From: Nitrospiraceae bacterium
GTDB taxonomy: Bacteria > Nitrospirota > Thermodesulfovibrionia > Thermodesulfovibrionales > UBA1546
Length of the DNA: 62,521 nucleotides
Assembly (NCBI GenBank): GCA_003599795.1
Contig: QZJQ01000003.1
Coordinates: 1-62,521, forward strand
Direction: 5' to 3'
In this document: positions 18,254 to 27,565 of the stretch, piece by piece
Layout of the letters: each line of letters starts with the position of its first letter
Numbering within the stretch: the stretch's first letter is position 1
The notes under the pieces: generated by a model
What the model saw: the letters and a program-made list of their open reading frames with translations, nothing else
Told to the model about the DNA's origin: nothing
Database searches by the model: none
Program-made: the position numbers and the translations under genes

Positions 18254-18595
18254 TTAATGTTTTCTTGTACCGGGATATTTCCCTTTTTTGGTGACCGGAC
18301 AACACGCAGGAGCAGGCAACTCCTTTATGTAATCCTTTTTCAGAATCTTTATTATGTCAGGAATTATCGGATCCCTGAGAAAATAACACTTGAGCCTGCC
18401 GTCCATGTAATAGTCAATCGCTCCGTATCGCCTGAGGAGCGAAAGGTGCTGCGATACATTAGGCTGGCTTATGCCAAGAAATCCTTCAATATCACTGACA
18501 CATTTCACGCCCTTCATAAGCTCTTCAAGTATTTTAATCCTTGCCGGATGGCCTATCGCCCTGAGGAGTTCAGCTCTTTTATCCAGTGAACGCAT
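18254..18595 (-). CDS. ArsR/SmtB-family transcriptional regulator with Cys-rich C-terminal tail
   Basis: 113-aa wHTH (HPARIKILEEL, FLGISQPNVSQHL); tail PAPACCPVTKKG. Confidence 0.9.
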   Translation of the reverse strand: MRSLDKRAELLRAIGHPARIKILEELMKGVKCVSDIEGFLGISQPNVSQHLSLLRRYGAIDYYMDGRLKCYFLRDPIIPDIIKILKKDYIKELPAPACCPVTKKGKYPGTRKH

Positions 18596-18628
18596 ATTAC
18601 CTCTCTTTTCTCTTATATACTAATCTAT

Positions 18629-18656
18629 ATATTAAAGTATTGGAATATATTGTCAA
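18629..18656 (-). promoter_or_regulatory. sigma-70-type promoter of the arsR-selD-tauE unit, sharing a 15-mer with the dsrE-operon promoter
   Basis: Minus strand: TTGACA (18651-18656), 16 nt, TAATAT (18629-18634). CTTGACAATATATTC is identical to the sequence at 16371-16385. Confidence 0.5.
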
Positions 18657-18717
18657 GCACATATTGCATTTACAGCCTTTAGACTTTTACTGCGCTAATC
18701 TTCTATAATTATTAACT

Positions 18718-20280
18718 ATGCTTAAAGATAAAATCCTGGTATTGGATTTCGGCTCGCAGTACACCCAGCTTATTGCAAGGCGCGTGAGAGAAAACAGCGT
18801 CTATTCCGAGATATTTCCGTATAATGCGCCTTTTGAAAAAATACTGGATTTTAAGCCGAAGGGGATTATTCTTTCAGGCGGGCCTTCAAGCGTTTACAGC
18901 AAGGGCTCCCCAATCCCTGATATAAAAATATTTAACCTTGGCATTCCGATTCTCGGCATATGTTACGGCATGCAGCTTATGGCTCATCTGCTTGGAGGCA
19001 AGGTTGCAAAAGCCGCAAAAAGGGAATACGGCAGGGCCGAGCTTATAATTGACGATGATTCAGACTTGTTCAGCGGCATAGCCGAACGCCCAACGCCCAA
19101 CGCCCAACGCCAGGCTGTTGTCTGGATGAGCCACGGAGACAGGATAGAAAAATATCCCGAAGGATTCATATCAATTGCCCATACTGACAATTCTCCTGTG
19201 GCGGCAATGGCAAATAAGAAGAAAAACTTCTATGCCCTTCAGTTCCATCCAGAAGTGGTCCATACGGAAAAAGGCAGGGAGATAATAAAGAATTTTATTT
19301 TCAACATCTGCGGCTCTAAACCAACCTGGACTATGAAATCCTTTATAGAGACTGCAAAGCATGAGATAAAGGAAAAGGTGGGGAATCAAAGGGTCGTATG
19401 CGGAATAAGCGGAGGCGTTGATTCATCTGTCACAGCAGTCCTTGTCCATGAGGCAATAGGCGATGCGCTTACCTGCATCTTTGTTGACAACGGTGTTCTA
19501 AGGCACGACGAGGCAAAAAAAGTTGAGCTCATGCTGAAGAAGAGTTTTCACATGAAGATAAAATACGTTGATGCCTCTGAAAGATTCCTTAAAAAACTCA
19601 AAGGCGTAAAAGACCCGGAAAGAAAAAGGAAGATTATCGGCAATGAATTCATAAGGGTGTTTGAAGACGAGGCCATGAAGATAATGAATGTCTCATTCCT
19701 TGCGCAGGGGACGTTGTATCCTGACGTGATTGAGAGCACATCATTCAAAGGCCCTTCAGCGACAATAAAAAGCCATCACAATGTCGGCGGCCTGCTTAAA
19801 AAGATGAAGCTGAAACTGATTGAGCCTCTGAGGGAATTGTTTAAAGACGAGGTCAGAGTGCTCGGGCGCGAATTAGGGATGCCTGATGAGACTATAAACC
19901 GCCATCCGTTTCCGGGGCCCGGGCTTGCGATAAGATGCATCAGCGATATTACAAAAGAACGGCTTGCTATTTTAAGAAAAGCGGATGTAATAGTTCTGGA
20001 TGAGATTAAAAAGGCGGGTCTATATAACAAAATCTGGCAGGTATTTGCAGTTCTCCTTCCTGTAAAAAGCGTCGGGGTAATGGGAGATGAAAGGACGTAT
20101 GACAATGTAATCGCTGTCCGGGCTGTTACGAGCGTTGACGGAATGACAGCTGACTGGGCGCAGATTCCCTATGAAGTTCTGGGAAGGATATCAAACAGGA
20201 TAATAAATGAAGTCAAAGGCGTAAACCGCGTTGTTTATGACATAAGCTCAAAACCCCCAAGCACTATTGAATGGGAATAA
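18718..20280 (+). CDS. guaA: GMP synthase (glutamine-hydrolysing)
   Basis: 520-aa ORF; GATase (GICYGMQ), ATP-PPase SGGVDSS, C-terminal ...KPPSTIEWE. Confidence 0.97.
   Translation: MLKDKILVLDFGSQYTQLIARRVRENSVYSEIFPYNAPFEKILDFKPKGIILSGGPSSVYSKGSPIPDIKIFNLGIPILGICYGMQLMAHLLGGKVAKAAKREYGRAELIIDDDSDLFSGIAERPTPNAQRQAVVWMSHGDRIEKYPEGFISIAHTDNSPVAAMANKKKNFYALQFHPEVVHTEKGREIIKNFIFNICGSKPTWTMKSFIETAKHEIKEKVGNQRVVCGISGGVDSSVTAVLVHEAIGDALTCIFVDNGVLRHDEAKKVELMLKKSFHMKIKYVDASERFLKKLKGVKDPERKRKIIGNEFIRVFEDEAMKIMNVSFLAQGTLYPDVIESTSFKGPSATIKSHHNVGGLLKKMKLKLIEPLRELFKDEVRVLGRELGMPDETINRHPFPGPGLAIRCISDITKERLAILRKADVIVLDEIKKAGLYNKIWQVFAVLLPVKSVGVMGDERTYDNVIAVRAVTSVDGMTADWAQIPYEVLGRISNRIINEVKGVNRVVYDISSKPPSTIEWE
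19082..19111. repeat. heptamer array (CGCCCAA)x3-4 in frame inside guaA
   Basis: gccgaaCGCCCAACGCCCAACGCCCAACGCC, translated [10 protein letters not shown] in a surface-variable part of the GATase domain. Confidence 0.8.
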
Positions 20281-20283
20281 CCT

Positions 20284-21171
20284 ATGGACATCAAGGCATA
20301 TCTCAAAGAGAAAAAGGAACTTGTAGATTTATTTCTTAAAGAATACTTTTCTCCGAATTTTATTCCGCAGGCCTTAAAAGACTCTATGACCTATTCCCTG
20401 TCTGCCGGCGGGAAAAGGATAAGGCCCATCCTCTGCCTTGCAGCGCATGAGGCATGCGACGGGGATTCCGAAGACATACTTGCCTTTGCATCTTCAATAG
20501 AGCTCATTCACACCTATTCATTGATACACGATGACCTTCCTGCGATGGATAATGATGATTTAAGGCGCGGCAAGCCGACAAACCACAAGGTCTTTGGAGA
20601 GGGCATGGCAATACTTGCAGGAGACGGCCTTCTCACAGAGGCGTTTTACATGATGGCAAATTCGCTCTCAAACAGAAACATCAAAAACACGGCTTTGACA
20701 AGGGCTATAAAAGAGATTGCCTTCACGGCAGGCATTCACGGTATGGTCGGAGGACAGGCGCAGGACCTTCTCTCTGAAAATGCAGAGCCTGACAAAGACA
20801 CGCTCTCTTTCATCCACAAACATAAAACAGGAGCGCTTATATCAGGCTCTCTAAGGGCCGGCGCAATCCTCGCAAATTGCAGCAAGCCTTCGCTTAGCGC
20901 AATTACAAGATACGGAGAAAACATCGGCCTTGCCTTTCAGGTGATAGATGATATACTTGATATAGAAGGCAGCACTGATGAACTCGGCAAGACCACAGGC
21001 TCTGATGTAAGAAAAAAGAAGATGACCTATCCTTCAATATACGGCCTTGAATCTTCCAGAAAAAAGGCGGAGGAACTGATAGCGGAGGCAATATTTTCCA
21101 TCAAAGACTTCTCAGCTAAGGCAGAGCCTTTAAGAAAGATTGCAGGATACATGCTTGAGAGAAGAAGTTGA
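20284..21171 (+). CDS. ispA: polyprenyl (farnesyl/geranylgeranyl) diphosphate synthase
   Basis: 295-aa ORF; DDxxD motifs (IHDDLPAMDNDD, VIDDILD). Confidence 0.92.
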   Translation: MDIKAYLKEKKELVDLFLKEYFSPNFIPQALKDSMTYSLSAGGKRIRPILCLAAHEACDGDSEDILAFASSIELIHTYSLIHDDLPAMDNDDLRRGKPTNHKVFGEGMAILAGDGLLTEAFYMMANSLSNRNIKNTALTRAIKEIAFTAGIHGMVGGQAQDLLSENAEPDKDTLSFIHKHKTGALISGSLRAGAILANCSKPSLSAITRYGENIGLAFQVIDDILDIEGSTDELGKTTGSDVRKKKMTYPSIYGLESSRKKAEELIAEAIFSIKDFSAKAEPLRKIAGYMLERRS

Positions 21172-23084
21172 AGCTCATAAAAAAAATAAAGTCCCCTGAT
21201 GACCTGAAATCCCTGTCAGTTGAGGAGATGAACAGCCTCTCCGCAGAACTGAGGGAAATAATCGTGGAGCGCGTATCAATTAACGGCGGGCACCTTGCGC
21301 CGAACCTCGGCACCGTAGAGCTGACTCTGGCGCTTCATTATGTGTTCAATTCCCCTGTTGATAAGATTATATGGGACGTAGGACACCAGTCATATACGCA
21401 TAAGCTCATCACAGGGAGATATGAAAAATTTGAAACTATCAGAAAACATAAAGGCATCTCGGGATTTCCTAAGATAGAAGAGAGCGTCCACGACGCATTC
21501 GGTACAGGGCACAGCTCAACATCAATATCAGCGGCATTAGGAATCATAGCGGCGCGTGATAGAAAAAATGAAACGTTTAAAGTGCTTGCTGTTATAGGCG
21601 ACGGCGCAATGACTTCCGGGCTTGCGTTTGAAGGGCTGAACCACGCCGGGCATCTGAAAAAAGACCTTATCGTGGTGCTGAATGATAATGAGATGTCAAT
21701 TTCAAAAAACGTAGGGGCCTTGTCTGCGTATCTAAATAGAATACTTACAGGAGACCTCTACCAGCGGTTTAGAAAGCAAACCAAATCATTCCTTGAGGGT
21801 ATTCCAAAGTTTGGTGATCAGGTTTCAAAGCTTGCACAGAAGGCAGAAGAAACTTTGAAAGGGCTCTTTCTGCCGGGGATATTGTTTGAAGAACTCGGGA
21901 TTAATTATGTAGGCCCCATAGACGGGCATGACATCAAACTGATGATAGAGACCTTCAGGAATATCAAAAACTCAACAGAGCCTACATTAGTCCATGTCAT
22001 CACAAAAAAAGGCAAGGGATATGAGTTCTCTGAAAAAGACCCGTGTATATTTCACGGAGTAGGGCCGTTTGAAATAGAAACCGGCTCTTCTGTAAGCGAC
22101 ACCAGTGCTATTTCATACAGTGAAATATTCGGCATGGCGCTTACAGAGCTTGCTGAAAAAAACGAGAGGGTTATTGCCATCTCTGCTGCAATGAGGGAAG
22201 GAACAGGGCTTGAATGCTTTGAAAAAAAATATCCGGACAGATTTTATGACGTCGGCATAGCAGAGCCGCATGCAGTGACATTTGCGGCAGGGCTTGCAGT
22301 GCAGGGATTGAGGCCTGTGGTCGCAATATATTCCACCTTCCTTCAGCGCGGTTATGATGAGATAATCCATGACGTCTGCCTCCAGAACCTGCCTGTTGTC
22401 TTTGCGATTGACAGGGCAGGCATAGTCGGCGAGGACGGCCCGACACATCAGGGAGTCTTTGACATTTCTTATTTAAGGCATATTCCCAATCTTACTGTCA
22501 TGGCGCCGAAGGATGATATGGAACTCAAAGCCATGCTTGAACTCGCTTTAAAACACAACGGCCCCTCGGCAATCAGGTATCCGAGAGGGAAAGTAAGTCA
22601 GGGGTCAGGGGTTAGGGGTCTCGCCTCAGGCGAGTCGCCGAGGAGACAGGGGTTAGAGATTGAAATTGGAAAGGCAGAGATTTTAAAAGAAGGCTCTGAT
22701 GTTGCATTGATAGCAATAGGCAATGTTGTCCATCCCGCTCTTGCAGCAGCAGAGAGGCTTGAAAAAGACGGGATAAAGGCATCAGTCATAAATGCAAGAT
22801 TCATAAAACCGCTTGATAAGGAACTTATCCTGAAAATTGCATCAAAGACAAAAAGGATAATCACAATTGAAGAGAACATGATTGCCGGAGGATTCGGAAG
22901 CGCAGTCCTTGAATATCTGAACAGCACGGATATTCCTGATACAAAGATTAAAATCCTCGGCATACCTGATGAATTTGTAGAGCAGGGCGCGCAGGCTATA
23001 TTAAGGAAAAAGTACGGAATTGATGAAGAAGGGATTTATCAGTCCTGCAGGGCATTTCTCTTAACGCCTACGCAAGTTCGCTGA
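21168..23084 (+). CDS. dxs: 1-deoxy-D-xylulose-5-phosphate synthase
   Basis: 638-aa ORF; TPP motif GDGAMTSG...NDN; transketolase-like domains; ends in TGA. Confidence 0.97.
   Translation: MKLIKKIKSPDDLKSLSVEEMNSLSAELREIIVERVSINGGHLAPNLGTVELTLALHYVFNSPVDKIIWDVGHQSYTHKLITGRYEKFETIRKHKGISGFPKIEESVHDAFGTGHSSTSISAALGIIAARDRKNETFKVLAVIGDGAMTSGLAFEGLNHAGHLKKDLIVVLNDNEMSISKNVGALSAYLNRILTGDLYQRFRKQTKSFLEGIPKFGDQVSKLAQKAEETLKGLFLPGILFEELGINYVGPIDGHDIKLMIETFRNIKNSTEPTLVHVITKKGKGYEFSEKDPCIFHGVGPFEIETGSSVSDTSAISYSEIFGMALTELAEKNERVIAISAAMREGTGLECFEKKYPDRFYDVGIAEPHAVTFAAGLAVQGLRPVVAIYSTFLQRGYDEIIHDVCLQNLPVVFAIDRAGIVGEDGPTHQGVFDISYLRHIPNLTVMAPKDDMELKAMLELALKHNGPSAIRYPRGKVSQGSGVRGLASGESPRRQGLEIEIGKAEILKEGSDVALIAIGNVVHPALAAAERLEKDGIKASVINARFIKPLDKELILKIASKTKRIITIEENMIAGGFGSAVLEYLNSTDIPDTKIKILGIPDEFVEQGAQAILRKKYGIDEEGIYQSCRAFLLTPTQVR
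22597..22657. repeat. STRR-like heptamer/hairpin element in frame inside dxs
   Basis: GTCAGGG GTCAGGG GTTAGGG GT-CTCGCC-TCA-GGCGAG-...GACAGGGGTTAGAG; translated QGSGVRGLASGESPRRQGLE. Confidence 0.85.
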
Positions 23085-23111
23085 GATTGAGTTGAACATA
23101 TTAAAAAATAT

Positions 23112-23327
23112 TTATGCGTATATCAGCTTGTTACCTTTGGGTTCGGGGATTTCATCTCCGAATTCTTTTGCTGTGTCAATCCACAATTGAATCGCCTCTT
23201 TGGCATTTTTTAATGCCTTTTCAGGAGCTTCTCCATGAGCCATGCAGCCGGGAAGTTCAGGCACCTCTGCTATAAACGCATTGTCTTCATTGCTCCAGTA
23301 AATAATAATTTCATATTTATACATCAA
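23112..23327 (-). CDS. hicB: HicB-family antitoxin
   Basis: 71-aa ORF YEIIIYWSNEDNAFIAEVPELPGCMAHGE (UPF0150/HicB N-terminal fold); overlaps the hicA stop. Confidence 0.85.
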   Translation of the reverse strand: MMYKYEIIIYWSNEDNAFIAEVPELPGCMAHGEAPEKALKNAKEAIQLWIDTAKEFGDEIPEPKGNKLIYA

Positions 23328-23577
23328 TAGTCCCTCCGAGTTTATATTTCACAATAACGCTCCTTACTTGCTTAACCTGATAAGGTTTTGCCATATTACC
23401 ATCACGTTGCAGATTAATTTTTTCTATTATTGCTTCTTTTCTGAATATGTGATGGCTGCCTTTTATCCTCATATCAAAACCTAAATGTTTTAACAGGCCG
23501 CATAAATCTTCAAATTGAATATTTGCATCAGAAGCGCCATTTAAGATTTTTAGTAAAAGCTTTTCATGCTTGCCCAT
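23317..23577 (-). CDS. hicA: HicA-family mRNA interferase toxin
   Basis: 86-aa ORF ...LLKHLGFDMRIKGSHHIF (YcfA/HicA motif). Confidence 0.8.
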   Translation of the reverse strand: MGKHEKLLLKILNGASDANIQFEDLCGLLKHLGFDMRIKGSHHIFRKEAIIEKINLQRDGNMAKPYQVKQVRSVIVKYKLGGTIDV

Positions 23578-23662
23578 TGCTACAGTTTACCAAAAATAAG
23601 AGTTTTCTATCTCATTCAATATAATCTATGACTTATTATTGCAATTATTGATAATTTTGTAA

Positions 23663-23718
23663 ACCTAACGCTCGAACTGTGCGAGGCAGCGAAAAAGAGT
23701 CCGCACGAAATGTTAGGC
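23663..23718 (+). mobile_element. integron attC-like (59-base-element-like) site
   Basis: ACCTAAC (RYYYAAC) - GCTCGAACT - GTGCG ... CGCAC - GAAAT - GTTAGGC (GTTRRRY). The outer boxes are complementary and the total length is 56 bp. Confidence 0.55.
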
Positions 23719-23784
23719 TCTGATAGATATATTTATAAACTATTTTTAACGGTCGCTGTCCCTATTAATTTTCGGAGCGAGTCG

Positions 23785-24213
23785 TTATGTGTTTTTGTTC
23801 TTCGCTTTTTCCTTTATCTTCGCATCAAATTTTTCCTTATTGATTATGAATCTTTCGTGTTTGCCTTTTGAAATAAGGTCTACACCATCGTGTGCTTCAA
23901 CTTCGAATAACAGCCTCCGACCGTCAACTTCTGTCAATTTCACTTTTGCCGTTACCTCGAGACCCGGAGGAGTTGCAGCTACATGACTTATGTCGATGTG
24001 AGTACCTACGGTCTGTTCTTTTGGCCAATCTAAGTGCGGATTTATCGCCTTGATGCAAGTCCACTCCAGAAGACCAACCATAAAGCCCGTAGCGAACACC
24101 TCTGGCATCGCTAAAAATTCTTCTGATTCAGGGTAAAGCGCTGAAACTGTTTTTGTGGGTGGAACAACGAACTTATGTTCATATTCAATTCCGGGCTTCA
24201 GAGTATCTTTCAT
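23785..24213 (-). CDS. hotdog-fold thioesterase family protein
   Basis: 142-aa ORF; resembles fluoroacetyl-CoA-thioesterase-like hotdog proteins (FATGFMVGLLEW, GTHIDISHVAATP). Confidence 0.65.
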   Translation of the reverse strand: MKDTLKPGIEYEHKFVVPPTKTVSALYPESEEFLAMPEVFATGFMVGLLEWTCIKAINPHLDWPKEQTVGTHIDISHVAATPPGLEVTAKVKLTEVDGRRLLFEVEAHDGVDLISKGKHERFIINKEKFDAKIKEKAKNKNT

Positions 24214-24358
24214 TTGTTCCCCTTGTTGCGCGTAACATTATTTTTATAATGCTTACACATTTAGCATGATTATATAAAGCAGCGCATGGACTGTCAATAA
24301 TTCGCAATTTTTATCCCATCTATACAGTATAATTATTAAGGTAACTCACTATAAAACT

Positions 24359-25090
24359 ATGAAAGATCGTCTTGATAAGATAATGGTTGACAGGGCACTT
24401 GTTAAAAGCAGGGAGCGGGCAAGGGCTTTGATAATGGAGGGGAAGGTTTTCATTAACAGCATGCCTGCTGCAAAGGCCGGAATGATGGTTGATGCCAATG
24501 CGGTTATAGAGCTTAAAGGTGAAGACATCCCCTATGTGAGCAGGGGAGGGTTGAAACTCAAGGCTGCCATAGATTTTTTCAGCATAGACTTAAAAGATAA
24601 AACAGCAATGGACGTCGGTTCCTCAACAGGCGGTTTTACGGACTGCATGCTTCAGATGGGAGCAAAAAAAGTATATTGCATTGATGTGGGCTACGGACAA
24701 ATAGCATGGGCTTTAAGAAATGATCCAAGGATAATTCTTCTTGAAAGGACCAATATCAGGCATCTTGAAAGAGAAAGGATTCCTGATATTATTGATATTG
24801 CAACAATTGACGTCTCCTTCATATCTCTTACAAAGGTTATCCCCAAAGTGTTAGAATTCCTGAAGGAGAACGGCGAAATACTTGCGCTTGTAAAACCTCA
24901 GTTTGAAGTCGGCAAAGGCGAAGTAGGCAAGGGCGGAATTGTGAGAGAAGAAGGAAAAAGGCTTGCGACAGTTGATTCTGTGAGAGCAGAGGTTGAGACT
25001 TCAGGAATGCACACTGTCGGTGTGTTTGAGTCTCCTGTTGCAGGGCAGAAAGGCAATATAGAGTATTTCCTGTATTTGAAGAAGGAATAA
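24359..25090 (+). CDS. tlyA: TlyA-family rRNA 2'-O-methyltransferase
   Basis: 243-aa ORF; S4 domain (RLDKIMVDRALVKSRERA), FtsJ-like SAM site DVGSSTGGFTDC. Confidence 0.9.
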   Translation: MKDRLDKIMVDRALVKSRERARALIMEGKVFINSMPAAKAGMMVDANAVIELKGEDIPYVSRGGLKLKAAIDFFSIDLKDKTAMDVGSSTGGFTDCMLQMGAKKVYCIDVGYGQIAWALRNDPRIILLERTNIRHLERERIPDIIDIATIDVSFISLTKVIPKVLEFLKENGEILALVKPQFEVGKGEVGKGGIVREEGKRLATVDSVRAEVETSGMHTVGVFESPVAGQKGNIEYFLYLKKE

Positions 25091-25095
25091 GCGGA

Positions 25096-25773
25096 ATGGA
25101 CGAACATAAAGGCATAGGCGTTGACCTCTCCATAGCATCCAAAGAGATGATAGAGGCGCTGATTTCAGAGTCCGGAGAGCCGTCCTTGTTTGAAGATGTT
25201 TTAAAAGCAAATATGCAGAGACACGACATCCTGAAGGTGCTGGCTGAAAGCCCTTACACGCCTGAAAATATCAGGGAAGAGGCTGTAAAAATCTTACAGA
25301 TTCCCGTGGAAGTATCCGCTTTGCTTGAGGAAGAAACAGAAGAGGCCGCTGTACAGCGCACCCAGACCCTTCTTCAGAAGATACAGAACCTGACGGTAGC
25401 TGAGAAAAGACTGCTTGCAATGAGAGGCGGCCGCGAGGCCAGGTCCATTCTCATAAAAGACACAAACAAGCAGATAGTCATGGCGGTTCTTGACAACCCG
25501 AAGATAAAAGAGGCGGAGATAGAGATGTTTGCGCGTTCCCGCTCTATTCCTGACGAAGCGCTGAGGGCCATTACCCGCACAAAAGAATGGATGAAAAATT
25601 ACGGCGTGCTTCTTGCTGTTGTGAGCAATCCCAAAACGCCTGCTGGAGTGGCAATCCCGCTTTTGTTCAATCTAAAACTAAGAGACCTCATGTCTCTTGA
25701 AAAGAACAGGAATGTTGCAGAAGTGATACGCACGACAGCTAAAAAACTTGTCCAGTCCAGAAAAGGGCACTGA
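25096..25773 (+). CDS. hypothetical helical-repeat protein upstream of tol-pal
   Basis: 225-aa ORF; repeated (L/V)xNPK(I/T) helical-repeat-like motifs; no catalytic motif recognised. Confidence 0.5.
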   Translation: MDEHKGIGVDLSIASKEMIEALISESGEPSLFEDVLKANMQRHDILKVLAESPYTPENIREEAVKILQIPVEVSALLEEETEEAAVQRTQTLLQKIQNLTVAEKRLLAMRGGREARSILIKDTNKQIVMAVLDNPKIKEAEIEMFARSRSIPDEALRAITRTKEWMKNYGVLLAVVSNPKTPAGVAIPLLFNLKLRDLMSLEKNRNVAEVIRTTAKKLVQSRKGH

Positions 25774-25863
25774 ATCAAAATTGTGGAAGAAAGAAAGATT
25801 TTAATTTATAATAATGACGCTCGTTAATTTTTATTTTTTGTTTTTAACTTTAAACTAAGAGAG

Positions 25864-26496
25864 GTGCTTATGCAACACTCTGCCATTCAATTGATTCTTC
25901 AGGCAGGCTATGTGGTTAAAGTTGTATTGCTTATCCTGCTGTTTTTCTCTGTCGTATCATGGGCCATCATTTTTTATAAATACCGGTACCTTTCCAGGGC
26001 CAACAAAGAGACAGACGTATTCCTGCGCTCCTACAGGGCAGGCCGCGACCTGAAAGGGCTTTTAACTGCGTCACGTGCGCTTAACCTCAGCCCTCTTTCA
26101 AACATATTTAAATTTACCTCCTCGGAAAATATCGTTGATAAAGCTGAAATCAAACGCTCGCTCAGAAGGTTCTCAGCGCTTGAATCGGCAAAGCTTGAAA
26201 AATACCTCAGCTTCCTCGCAACCACAGGCTCAACCACGCCGTTCATCGGCCTATTCGGAACTGTCTGGGGAATAATGAATGCCTTCAGAGGCATAGGCGC
26301 GGCAGGCTCAGCATCATTGGCAGTCGTGGCCCCTGGCATTGCAGAGGCATTGATTACAACAGCAGCAGGACTTGCAGCGGCAATCCCCGCTGTTATTGCC
26401 TATAACTATTATCTGAGCAGGGCGCGGCAGTTGATTATAGAGATGGAGGACTTCTCAGAGGAACTCCTTGACTTCTTTACAAAGGAAACGCCATGA
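25864..26496 (+). CDS. tolQ: Tol-Pal system protein TolQ (MotA/TolQ/ExbB family)
   Basis: 210-aa, 3 TM, conserved APGIAEALITTAAGL; followed by tolR-tolA-tolB-pal. Confidence 0.92.
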   Translation: MLMQHSAIQLILQAGYVVKVVLLILLFFSVVSWAIIFYKYRYLSRANKETDVFLRSYRAGRDLKGLLTASRALNLSPLSNIFKFTSSENIVDKAEIKRSLRRFSALESAKLEKYLSFLATTGSTTPFIGLFGTVWGIMNAFRGIGAAGSASLAVVAPGIAEALITTAAGLAAAIPAVIAYNYYLSRARQLIIEMEDFSEELLDFFTKETP

Positions 26497-26900
26497 AGGC
26501 TGACAGAGACAGAGGCGTGCTTTCAGAGATAAATGTTACGCCCTTCGTGGACGTAATGCTCGTGCTGCTCATAATCTTTATGGTGACAGCGCCATTGCTC
26601 CAGCAGGGCATTGACGTAAATCTTCCTCAGGCAAAAGGCAAAGACCTGCCCCCGGAAGAAAGGATAACGCTTATTGTAAAAAAAGGCGGCGTTATTTTTA
26701 TGAATGACAAACCCACGTCTATGTCTGAGATGAAGGAGAAGCTGACTGCGATCAGCAAATTAAATCCGAATGTCTTTCTTAAGGCTGACAAGGATGTGCC
26801 CTACGGCTTTGTTGTTCAGGTGATGAGCGACATAAAGGAGGCAGGAATAGAGAAACTCGGAATGATAACCGAGCCGAAGATAAACATAGAAGGGAAATGA
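26493..26900 (+). CDS. tolR: Tol-Pal system protein TolR (ExbD family)
   Basis: 135-aa, INVTPFVDVMLVLLIIFM anchor. Confidence 0.92.
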   Translation: MKADRDRGVLSEINVTPFVDVMLVLLIIFMVTAPLLQQGIDVNLPQAKGKDLPPEERITLIVKKGGVIFMNDKPTSMSEMKEKLTAISKLNPNVFLKADKDVPYGFVVQVMSDIKEAGIEKLGMITEPKINIEGK

Positions 26901-27565
26901 AGGAACCAAGCCTTCCACTTACTGCATTCTTCTCTTTTTTGCTTCACCTGACTTTTATCTTTATAACACTGATAACAATTAAAAATGCAAACCGCTTCAC
27001 TCTGCCCTCTGCGTATGTTGTAAGCCTTGTCAGCACTGAAGTAAGCGGGCAATCCCGGGCGGCTCAGGACAAAGAAGGCACAGCGGCGCAGCCGGACGAG
27101 CCTGAACAAAAAATGAAACTGCCTTCTGAGCCTTCAAAAAGCAAAGCCTCAGAGGATGCAAAACAATACAGCGAGGACAGAATCGCGGCGCTGGCAGCAA
27201 CGAAAAAGGCAAAGCGCGTCGTTAAACTGAGAAATATAATTTCCATAAAAGGAACAGACAAGCAAGGGAAAGATATCGCTGCTCCTGCAAAGGGCAGCGC
27301 TGAAACTTCAACCTTAGAAAATTATTCTGAAAGGATTGGAGGAGAGATACGGCAGCGCTGGGCCTTTCCTGATGCATGGGGGAAAAACCTTGAGGCAATA
27401 ATATCGGTAACAATAATGTCGAACGGAACTGTTAAAATAAACAGGGTTGAAAAAAGCTCTGGCAATGTGCTTTTTGACCGCTCTGTTCTGAGAGCTATTA
27501 ATAAAGCAAGCCCTGTATCTCCTCCTCCGCATGAGATGGAAATGGGATTGGTATTTAAACCATGA
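26897..27565 (+). CDS. tolA: TolA/TonB-C-terminal-domain protein
   Basis: 222-aa; N-terminal TM, charged linker, C-terminal TonB_C-like domain; position between tolR and tolB. Confidence 0.8.
   Translation: MKEPSLPLTAFFSFLLHLTFIFITLITIKNANRFTLPSAYVVSLVSTEVSGQSRAAQDKEGTAAQPDEPEQKMKLPSEPSKSKASEDAKQYSEDRIAALAATKKAKRVVKLRNIISIKGTDKQGKDIAAPAKGSAETSTLENYSERIGGEIRQRWAFPDAWGKNLEAIISVTIMSNGTVKINRVEKSSGNVLFDRSVLRAINKASPVSPPPHEMEMGLVFKP

Noticed and set aside
24214-24358. A GCGTAAC box after the thioesterase gene, considered as the R'' of a further attC that would make the thioesterase a cassette.
   Set aside because: It has one mismatch to the expected GCCTAAC, no convincing L''/L' pairing and no closing GTTRRRY. 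The region also reads as an ordinary divergent promoter.
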